Assembly (NCBI GenBank): GCA_017430985.1
Contig: JAFRLZ010000069.1
Coordinates: 302 to 64,301 of the forward strand
From: Oscillospiraceae bacterium
GTDB taxonomy: Bacteria; Bacillota; Clostridia; Oscillospirales; Oscillospiraceae
Reading direction: 5' to 3'
DNA length: 64,000 bases
Part shown: piece by piece, positions 1 through 7,238 of the stretch
Numbering within the stretch: position 1 is the stretch's first letter
Layout: each line of letters opens with the position of its first letter
The notes under the pieces: model-generated
The model's database searches: none
What the model was told of the DNA's origin: nothing
What the model saw: the letters and a program-made list of their open reading frames with translations, nothing else
Made by a program: the position numbers and the translations under genes

Positions 1-1
1 G

Positions 2-415
2 TACGGTTTCAAGTTCCATTATCCGACTCATGAGCACAACTACTTTGCGCTCTATAGCAAGAACATCGACGGAGAATATGAGCTCTGGATCTTCCACTAC
101 GAGGACAAGGACTACATCGAGGTAGCAGGGAACACAGATCAACTGAACATCTGGCTCAGTGAGACCCGCTCGGATCTTACGATGGAGCAGGTCTGCGACT
201 TCGTTGCCGAGCTTTCCAAAATCGGCAATCGGCGTCTCGTCTACAATTGGGCCGAGATGCACAGCGAAGAAGACTGGAAGCAGAAGCTGCCGTTCAGCCT
301 CGTTGTGGACTGGGAGGATATTCAGGAGATGCCGCACAGCGATCCCGCCTTCGACCTGTTCGACGGCACGAATATCGACGAGTGCGTCAGAGCTTATATC
401 GAGTCCAAGAAGTAA
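2..415 (+). CDS. hypothetical protein, 5' end outside window
   Basis: Frame is open from the window edge (YGFKFHYPTHEHNYFALYSK...) to the stop at 413-415. Co-oriented with the following element genes. No family recognised. Confidence 0.45.
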   Translation, partial: YGFKFHYPTHEHNYFALYSKNIDGEYELWIFHYEDKDYIEVAGNTDQLNIWLSETRSDLTMEQVCDFVAELSKIGNRRLVYNWAEMHSEEDWKQKLPFSLVVDWEDIQEMPHSDPAFDLFDGTNIDECVRAYIESKK

Positions 416-474
416 AAAACGAAATTACGTCCGGGAGCTCCTTGTTGAGCTCTCGGACGGGAAAGGAAAACAAC

Positions 475-1527
475 ATGGCAATATGGAAAACCAATGGCGA
501 GCAAGTGAAGCTCATCGGGATTCTGGCAGACGGATTCGTTTACAACGTCGTTGTTGTTGAACGGAACTGCGGAACCCTTCTGGTGCTCGATGTCGAGGAA
601 TTCGATTGCGCCGGGTATGAGCTGCATAGGGAGACGCCTTATGATGCGCTTCCGCCAGGCTACATCCGCCTGAAGGAAATGGTTTCCTTCGGCGTGCGCA
701 ACAGAAGCATGCTTCCGATAACCCCTGAGCAGGCTGCGAACTTCTTCCCTGAACCGATACCCGTGTACCGACTTTCGCGGAACGCTACGGTTCGTTTGGT
801 GGAGAACGCGGAAGAGATCTCCGAGGGCAAGGATGAAATGTACGGGATCACGGTGCAAGACTGGTACACGTACATCGGCCGCTCGGATGATGGTAAGATC
901 GTCCGCTATGACGAAAACGAGCAGCCCATCGAAACGGCGGAGCCCGTTCAGTCCGCTGCTGACGCGGCGCTTCTGGCGGAATACCGCAGGACGGGGCTTT
1001 CACCGGACGATCTCAATGAAGTCGCTGATCTGTTCAGGAGTATTCCTGACGCGGACATCCCGGCCGAGATCAAAGGCTGGGTCGCACGAGGCGCATGGCA
1101 AGCCCGCAGGTGTGCGGAGCTGGAGAAAAAGCTGCAGCTTATGGAGATGGAGCTGACGCAGCTCCATGTTCGGGAGGCCAAGACCCTCAAGGTGCAGCTG
1201 ATCGACCGCCTGAGCGCTGAGAAGGATCGGATCGTCGCCAATATCTTCGATGAAGTAGACGGCGGGGGAGAGGCTGCGGTAAAACACGCTGCTCTCGCAT
1301 CTGCCAATCAGATCGCTCTTCTCAACGCGATCATACACGTCTTCATCCACTGTGATCTCCAGTACATTCAGTGCCGGGAGCTCGCCCGTATTCCGGAGAA
1401 GATCTCTATTATCGAACGGCTGTATCTGACGCTTCTGCCGGAAAACGGAAGTTCGAATAAGCTCTTCTTCGGCGAAAAAGAAATCCAGGATGCGATCTTC
1501 GATATGATCGCAAAACTGGGCGTTTGA
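475..1527 (+). CDS. hypothetical protein (350 aa)
   Basis: ATG at 475 follows a purine-rich RBS-like tract (GGGAAAGGAAAA). The longer 247 start of the ORF track would overlap the previous ORF. Begins MAIWKTNGEQ. No family recognised. Confidence 0.6.
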   Translation: MAIWKTNGEQVKLIGILADGFVYNVVVVERNCGTLLVLDVEEFDCAGYELHRETPYDALPPGYIRLKEMVSFGVRNRSMLPITPEQAANFFPEPIPVYRLSRNATVRLVENAEEISEGKDEMYGITVQDWYTYIGRSDDGKIVRYDENEQPIETAEPVQSAADAALLAEYRRTGLSPDDLNEVADLFRSIPDADIPAEIKGWVARGAWQARRCAELEKKLQLMEMELTQLHVREAKTLKVQLIDRLSAEKDRIVANIFDEVDGGGEAAVKHAALASANQIALLNAIIHVFIHCDLQYIQCRELARIPEKISIIERLYLTLLPENGSSNKLFFGEKEIQDAIFDMIAKLGV

Positions 1528-1554
1528 ATAAAACATGAAAGGAAAGATAAAACA

Positions 1555-2097
1555 ATGAAAAACAAACAGAAAAAAATGATTTCCGGCGTTATCGCTTTCA
1601 CGCTTATGCTCTGCCTTATGATCGTCCCGGCGCTGGCCGCCTGCGGTGCGGTGAGTGAACCGAACCCCGCTCAGGAGCCGGCAATCGCCGACCGCTTCGG
1701 TCTGATCTATCAGGGTGCCTTCGCTACTGCCGGCACTGAGATGGATCGCTCGCTGCCCTTTACAGACGACGTGGATAATGTCTACCTCGATCTGGACGAC
1801 GAGTATCCCTTTATCAGTGGCAGGATGGCCATGGATATGAGCGTGATCGACGACGCCTATGTCGTTGAGCGGATCGAGTGCTATAACTGCGACAGATACC
1901 CTCTCACGCACAACGGCGACAAGGAAATGAAGACGGTGAACGATATCTCGGATATTCTCGGCGAGCCCTCGGCCACGAGAGATGATCCTGACGGCATCAC
2001 GCATCGCTTTATGTGGGTGACCGACAGTTATTCACTTGCGGTGGCCACCGAAAACGATAGTGATGAGATCACCGCATACATGATCAATGCGATCTGA
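1555..2097 (+). CDS. putative lipoprotein (180 aa)
   Basis: N-terminal signal peptide MKNKQKKMISGVIAFTLMLCLMIVPALAAC with lipobox L-A-A-C. Followed by an intrinsic terminator. Confidence 0.65.
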   Translation: MKNKQKKMISGVIAFTLMLCLMIVPALAACGAVSEPNPAQEPAIADRFGLIYQGAFATAGTEMDRSLPFTDDVDNVYLDLDDEYPFISGRMAMDMSVIDDAYVVERIECYNCDRYPLTHNGDKEMKTVNDISDILGEPSATRDDPDGITHRFMWVTDSYSLAVATENDSDEITAYMINAI

Positions 2098-2112
2098 CAG
2101 TACAACATTGTC

Positions 2113-2141
2113 GGCCGGGGAGAAATCCCCGGCCTTTTTTT
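2113..2141 (+). terminator. intrinsic terminator after the lipoprotein gene
   Basis: GGCCGGGG / CCCCGGCC stem with a 6-nt loop, followed by TTTTTTT. Confidence 0.8.
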
Positions 2142-2150
2142 ATGGGGAAA

Positions 2151-2304
2151 TTGACAAAGAAATATATTTGCGGTATTATATACTCGTACTATGGTAGTTA
2201 AGGTTTACTGTGGCTTAGTGCCGCAGTAAACCTTTTCTGCTATAGCTATACTCCGCTTTCACAGACTCACTGTTTCCCCATTTTGGGGCAGTGGGTCTGT
2301 TTTT
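2151..2304 (+). promoter_or_regulatory. promoter plus structured leader/terminator module, copy A
   Basis: TTGACA (2151-2156), 17-nt spacer, TATTAT (2174-2179). Hairpin 1 at 2202-2232 has a 13-bp stem and 5-nt loop, then TTTTCT. Hairpin 2 at 2262-2299 is followed by TTTTT. No ORF. Near-identical copy at 5491-5646. Confidence 0.7.
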
Positions 2305-2341
2305 ATATATACACTTCAAATAAAGGAAGGGAAAGAAACAA

Positions 2342-2770
2342 ATGGACTATGTAAATCCGAACAAGAAGCTGTTTTGCTTCGAGAACTACGTAAAGCTGGC
2401 CGAAGCGCTTGGTGCCGCCGCAAAGACGGGGGACTATGACGCGCAGCAGGACAGCAGAGACTTCGCGCGCGCCTGCGAGTCCTTCCATGAATACGTGCTG
2501 AACGTAGACATGAGCGAGACGCAGATCCGCCTGGCGTACGCGAGATTCGAGGGCGCAGAGCTCCGTGATCGTGTTTCGCACTACGACTCCATGCGTCGTG
2601 CCTATCACGAGCGGGCCATCGCCAACACCTCTTTGGTCAACAACATGGCCAGATTCTACGGCATCGAAAAGATCTTTCTCGGCGACAACGCAGACCGTTA
2701 CGAAGTGGCGGACTTCTGCCTGCAGATCACCAACGAGATCTTTCTGAATCGCCGCGGAGCAAAAAACTAA
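2342..2770 (+). CDS. hypothetical protein (142 aa)
   Basis: ATG preceded by AGGAAGGGAAAG. First ORF after leader copy A. No family recognised. Confidence 0.6.
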   Translation: MDYVNPNKKLFCFENYVKLAEALGAAAKTGDYDAQQDSRDFARACESFHEYVLNVDMSETQIRLAYARFEGAELRDRVSHYDSMRRAYHERAIANTSLVNNMARFYGIEKIFLGDNADRYEVADFCLQITNEIFLNRRGAKN

Positions 2771-2795
2771 AAACTTCATATTGGAGGAAAAGACA

Positions 2796-3131
2796 ATGGA
2801 AACCACCGAAATCAAGGAAGTCGTTTTCTACTACACAGGGAACGACAAGGGCGAGCACCTGATCGCCGGCATCTTTGATGATGTCAAGGAAGCTGTCCGC
2901 ACTGCCCGCGCGGATTTCGAGCGAGTATGCAGGATTATCCGGGACAAGCATCCGAACATCCAGGATGACCCGAACGGTGCCTTCGATCACTTCACCGGCT
3001 TCAACGACTACGATCCGGTAGTCGGCGGCGGCTGGAATGCTTGGGACGGCGAAGAGACGGTCTTTATCGGAGCCCTCATCCCGCGGCTGTGCAAGGTCGG
3101 CTCGGGCATTTTCGAGCCCTGCCATTGCTGA
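2796..3131 (+). CDS. hypothetical protein (111 aa)
   Basis: ATG at 2796 lies about 9 nt after GGAGG. The TTG at 2781 in the ORF track is unlikely. Begins METTEIKEVVFYY. Confidence 0.55.
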   Translation: METTEIKEVVFYYTGNDKGEHLIAGIFDDVKEAVRTARADFERVCRIIRDKHPNIQDDPNGAFDHFTGFNDYDPVVGGGWNAWDGEETVFIGALIPRLCKVGSGIFEPCHC

Positions 3132-3147
3132 GGCAGGAGGTGAGATC

Positions 3148-3786
3148 ATGCACGTACGCAGATATCTTCTGCTTACCGGCGGGTACAGCGCCGCTCGCGG
3201 CCGTGTGTCAGGCCCTGACATCGTGGAGCTTCCGCACGAGACCCTGAAAGCTGCTTCCGACGCGCTTCGAACCGAGTTTGAGGCGGTTGTTAAGCGGGTC
3301 TTTGGGGAAGATCATCAGATCCAGTACGGCTTCTTCGGGGAGGCCAAGTATGGCGTTCGCGGCGAGATCTCCGGATACAACTTCGAGCCGGCACAGTACT
3401 TCTTTGCTGTGATTGCGGAGTCCGGAGAGATCAGCGTCGGCACTCTGAAAGAAATCACTGTCGAACTGAGCGCCTGTGAGCAGGAAACGGCTTACCGAAT
3501 GCAGGAGCGACGCTATCTTCTCATGGATGCGGAATCTCATCTTATGGAACATGTGGGGTATGACCCGGAGCCCGAGACAGACGAAGATGCCGCCGAGAAC
3601 GAGAAGGCGGAACAGAAGTTCCTCGCAGATTACGGCTTCTCGCTTTCTGACGCCATCTGCGAGGGCAGCGAATTCTTTATCCTCGACGAACTCGTCGAGG
3701 AATATCATCACGAATTCGACTGCAACATCGACATCAACGGTCTCTGGGAAGAGGTCGTTCGTGAAGTGCTGCGGAGGTACAAGTGA
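3148..3786 (+). CDS. hypothetical acidic protein (212 aa)
   Basis: ATG at 3148 after GGCAGGAGGTGAG. The C-terminal half is rich in D/E (PEPETDEDAAENEKAEQ...). No family recognised. Confidence 0.6.
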   Translation: MHVRRYLLLTGGYSAARGRVSGPDIVELPHETLKAASDALRTEFEAVVKRVFGEDHQIQYGFFGEAKYGVRGEISGYNFEPAQYFFAVIAESGEISVGTLKEITVELSACEQETAYRMQERRYLLMDAESHLMEHVGYDPEPETDEDAAENEKAEQKFLADYGFSLSDAICEGSEFFILDELVEEYHHEFDCNIDINGLWEEVVREVLRRYK

Positions 3787-3899
3787 TGGTACAGATCGCT
3801 GACGATCCGCGGATCGCATGGGTCATGGCTACCGGATACCCTTATCGCTATCCCGGCGCACATGACGACGAGGATGTCGAGGAAGACGACATCGAGTGA
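3786..3899 (+). CDS. possible small acidic ORF (37 aa)
   Basis: ATG overlaps the preceding stop (GTGATG). Reads MVQIADDPRIAWVMATGYPYRYPGAHDDEDVEEDDIE. No independent support. Confidence 0.25.
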   Translation: MVQIADDPRIAWVMATGYPYRYPGAHDDEDVEEDDIE

Positions 3900-3950
3900 A
3901 CAAACAAGGCCGACAGGGGATAACCTCTGCCGGCCGGAAAGGAACAAAGC

Positions 3951-4949
3951 ATGTCATACACAATCGTATATGACCGGCGCTTTCTCCGCTGCGGAGATCG
4001 GTTTATTCCGATGTGCCTGTACGGAGACAACAATGTTTCCGAGACGAACTATCGGACTGGGCGAGAGGTGCGTGCCCGCGACTGGGGCACCTTCGTATAC
4101 TCGGACGATATGCTCCTCGGCACAGCCGACGAGATCCTGAAAATCGCACGCAAATTTCACCCGGCTTATTCCACAGATACCTGTGGCGGCGTTAAGTTCC
4201 ACGGTAAATTCCTGAATGATGAAGAGATGTACCGCTTCTTCAAAAACGGGATTGCCGGAGCAATAACGCTGGAGGATCTGCTGATCCAGACGACCATCGG
4301 CTCGATTCAGGGGAAGCTGGAGGTCTATGGCCCAGAAAACGGCCGCGACAATGCATTTGACGACGATACGGCCTATCTGCGGACCTCGGCTGAACTGTCC
4401 AACTGGGTCAATGAGGCGAAGACGAGAAAAGCTCAGATCCTCCAGTCCGGCCGCAAATGCCATGTCTACATTTGTCTCTACATGGCTACAACCAGAGACC
4501 CGCTTCAGGTCAGCGTGTTTGCAGATAGGACGGCGCCGGTTGTAGCATACGAAATGGAGTCCGGCAGAAAGAAGCGCAGTTATGTCAAGAGCTTCACGGA
4601 GACAAGCACTTCCTTTACTGTGGACTTCACTGAGGCATTCGTATTCGACAATATCGACGACGCCTATTTGAGCCTCCCGAAATGGTCTGCCAAGAGCCTC
4701 AGGTTCTGCTATGCGGACAAAGAGAAGGAGCGCGCTGAAAGGGAGCCGGGGAAATACGTTGTTTCGGCAACGTACCTTGGTCGGCGGGTGTATATCTATC
4801 AGAAATACCGGAACAAAATTGCTTTCTCTCATGTCAAGGGGAACGATCTGCGCCGCTTTAGCTCTGAGAAAATGGCGCTGAAATGGTTTGAGGAGAAAAT
4901 ACACGCTGCTCAACCCTTGTTCACCGATCCTGTCGTGGAAGAACTTTAA
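3951..4949 (+). CDS. hypothetical protein (332 aa)
   Basis: Long ORF preceded by GGAAAGGAACAAAGC. No family recognised. Confidence 0.6.
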   Translation: MSYTIVYDRRFLRCGDRFIPMCLYGDNNVSETNYRTGREVRARDWGTFVYSDDMLLGTADEILKIARKFHPAYSTDTCGGVKFHGKFLNDEEMYRFFKNGIAGAITLEDLLIQTTIGSIQGKLEVYGPENGRDNAFDDDTAYLRTSAELSNWVNEAKTRKAQILQSGRKCHVYICLYMATTRDPLQVSVFADRTAPVVAYEMESGRKKRSYVKSFTETSTSFTVDFTEAFVFDNIDDAYLSLPKWSAKSLRFCYADKEKERAEREPGKYVVSATYLGRRVYIYQKYRNKIAFSHVKGNDLRRFSSEKMALKWFEEKIHAAQPLFTDPVVEEL

Positions 4950-4965
4950 GAAAGGGGACGCCAAA

Positions 4966-5223
4966 ATGAAACAGTCCAAAGAACTCATGCGTGTCGCCAT
5001 TGCCAATGTCGAGGAAACACGGGCATTCTGGCAAAAATCTGTTGATGACAGCATGGCTGCGCTTCGCTATCAGATCAACCAGCAGCTGACGGCCAAGAAT
5101 ATCTTCGACGGAAGCATGGACGGTCAGATCAACGAGGTCAAACGCAGATACGCCAGGCTCGCCACCTGCGACGAGATCCTGAGCAATATGCGGTCGGTGC
5201 TCGCCAAGATGGAAGCCGAATAA
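4966..5223 (+). CDS. hypothetical protein (85 aa)
   Basis: ATG at 4966 after AAAGGGGA. Predicted helical/coiled-coil composition. Confidence 0.5.
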   Translation: MKQSKELMRVAIANVEETRAFWQKSVDDSMAALRYQINQQLTAKNIFDGSMDGQINEVKRRYARLATCDEILSNMRSVLAKMEAE

Positions 5224-5294
5224 GATTTCGTAGAATGGCCGCATTGACAACATGCGAGAATCGCGTATAAGAACAGGAAGATGAAAACAACCCA

Positions 5295-5402
5295 ATGGGT
5301 AAAAAAGAATTCGAAGAAAGAATCGATCATTTTCGCATTCTTGACGACACCTTTATGAACGAGGTTTTCAAGGGCCAGAAAGCAATTCGACCAAGCGTAT
5401 GA
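5295..5402 (+). CDS. short ORF (35 aa), possibly a truncated gene remnant
   Basis: Reads MGKKEFEERIDHFRILDDTFMNEVFKGQKAIRPSV. A possible own promoter lies upstream (TTGACA 5244-5249, 16-nt spacer, TATAAG 5266-5271). RBS is weak. Confidence 0.25.
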   Translation: MGKKEFEERIDHFRILDDTFMNEVFKGQKAIRPSV

Positions 5403-5454
5403 ACTTTACAAGGCGATGCTTTTGAAACAATAAATTGGGAGAACAAAGCACAAA

Positions 5455-5481
5455 GCAAGGAGGAAACTCCTTGCTTTTTTT
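5455..5481 (+). terminator. intrinsic terminator ending the ORFan operon
   Basis: GCAAGGAG / CTCCTTGC stem with GAAA loop, followed by TTTTTTT. Confidence 0.8.
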
Positions 5482-5490
5482 ACGCCAAGA

Positions 5491-5646
5491 TTGACAAGAT
5501 TACACATTTGCGGTATTATATGATCGTACTATGGTAGTTAAGGTTTACTGTGGCTCAGTGCCGCAGTAAACCTTTTCTGCTGTAGATAAATCCCGCGTTC
5601 ACAGACTCACTGTTTCCCCATATTGGGGCAGGTGAGTCTGTTTTTT
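5491..5646 (+). promoter_or_regulatory. promoter plus structured leader/terminator module, copy B
   Basis: TTGACA (5491-5496), 17-nt spacer, TATTAT (5514-5519). Hairpin 1 at 5542-5572 and hairpin 2 at 5602-5640, followed by TTTTTT. Every element is offset by exactly 3340 nt from copy A. Confidence 0.7.
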
Positions 5647-5691
5647 ATATACGTTTGCTTAAAACGAGAAAAAACATGGAGGTAGAGACAA

Positions 5692-5949
5692 ATGACTTTT
5701 TCGTTATCTCAGATTGCGAGGTGCTACGCTGCCACGGTCGGCAGAGATTCGTACACCTCCGAAAAAGATGTGACCATGCGGTTGAAATCGAGCATTTCTC
5801 GTCAGCAGACCAATGTTCTCGATGACGACCGCGACATCCGAAATCCGAAGGAGATCTATGACCAGACCATCGGAGCGGAGTGCAGCAAGAAGAGCGGCAA
5901 ACTGCCGTTGAAGAGACTTCAGGGAAAGCACTTCGTCGCTCTTGCCTGA
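5692..5949 (+). CDS. hypothetical protein (85 aa)
   Basis: GGAGG lies 9 nt upstream of the ATG. First ORF after leader copy B. Confidence 0.55.
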   Translation: MTFSLSQIARCYAATVGRDSYTSEKDVTMRLKSSISRQQTNVLDDDRDIRNPKEIYDQTIGAECSKKSGKLPLKRLQGKHFVALA

Positions 5950-5976
5950 AGGAAAAAAAGAATAGGAGGGAAAAAC

Positions 5977-7190
5977 ATGTGCAAACCCCAATCTCTTGAC
6001 TCCTACGAAACTCTTTTTGGGAAAGACCGTTTTGCGGATCTTATCAAAGAAGTCGAGGAGATGGAAGCCAACTCCAAGTGGATTCCCGACGTGGAGACCG
6101 CGGGCATGACGGTGAAGACCGTCGATGGCCGTCCGCTCTTCGTGACCGAGGAAGCCAAGGAACCTTCGTGACCGAGGAAGCCAAGGAACTCGGCGCCGAC
6201 GAGGAGCTCACGGAGGAAACCGGCATCACCGGCTCCGGCCTTGCTCTTCAGCTGCCGAATGGACGCACCGAGCTGTTGAGGGACACTGCTATGTCAGGTC
6301 TTCTCAACGCCGGCAAGATCGACGGCAAGTGGCAGAGCTATGTCACCAAGCCGGAATTCTGCCTGATCATGAACACGATCTTTCCCCATATCCGCACGAA
6401 ACGCCTTGTGCTGGAACGTTGGGGGAAGGTGAGCGCCATTCATTCTCAGGCGGATGGCGGTTACGAGATCATCCCGATCTCGGCTGCCCTTGAGATCGCC
6501 GTAGACGCACTCAGAAAGCGCTTCGGAAAGCTGGTGTTCACGAGCGGGTACAACTCCCACTCGCGCACAGAGGCCGTCTGGGAGCTTCCAGACGCCCAGA
6601 GCGCCCTGTGTCAGAAGTATCAGGATGCGCTCGACGGTACGATGTCTCAGGTTCCGGTCAACTTCATGCCGGTCGTGCGTTTCCGCTCCTCGGATACGGC
6701 GAACTCCGCTGTCACTCTGGTGCCGGGTTTCAGAAAGCCCGGCGACAAAGCGATCATCAGCTTTGTGCCCGGAGCAAGGACTGAGCACACAAAGGGCGGC
6801 AAGGAGGAAGACGTTTCCGGTCTTGATCTGTTCAGAGAGGACGCGGGAATGATCTATTCCCAGTTCGAGAAGAGCATGGAGAAAATCGCCGCGCTCAAGG
6901 ACATCGAGATCAAGCACGGCTGCAATGCCGTGATCGGCCTGGCGAAAAAGCTGGTGATCTCGCGCAAGTACGCGGAAGCCGCTCGTTCGACCATGGAGAT
7001 GTTCACCGACGGCGACATCGGCAATCCCGTGACCGGCCATGACCTCTATTTGGCGATGACCGAATGCATTTCTGAGGCAGTGCGTTCCGGCGCCTCCCAG
7101 AAGACGATCATGGACACGGAGGAGAAGGTCTACCGGATGCTCAAATTCGATCTGACCGAGTATGACAAAGGTGGTGTGGTGGCCTGGTGA
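5977..7190 (+). pseudogene. DUF932-like phage/plasmid protein gene split by a 26-bp tandem duplication (frameshift)
   Basis: ORFs 5977-6171 and 6078-7190 both read FVTEEAKE across the duplicated unit. Deleting one unit gives a continuous 395-aa ORF. The DUF932 assignment is tentative and rests on RFRSSDTANSAVTL-type segments. Confidence 0.7.
6138..6189 (+). repeat. perfect 26-bp tandem duplication (2 units)
   Basis: CTTCGTGACCGAGGAAGCCAAGGAAC occurs at 6138-6163 and again at 6164-6189. Confidence 0.95.
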
Positions 7191-7238
7191 TCCAGGCTGC
7201 CACCTTCCGAAAAAAAGTAAATAGGAGATGAAACAAAA

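Noticed and set aside
247-474. Upstream extension of the 475-1527 ORF (ORF-track start at 247), and ORF 159-560.
   Set aside because: These overlap the preceding ORF (2-415) in other frames, give R-rich translations, and the ATG at 475 has the RBS-like tract.
2186-2260. A tRNA-like or other known small RNA gene inside leader copy A, suggested by the string GGTAGTTAAGG.
   Set aside because: There is no cloverleaf. The only stem is a single 13-bp hairpin, too long for any tRNA arm, with no T-loop or acceptor pairing.
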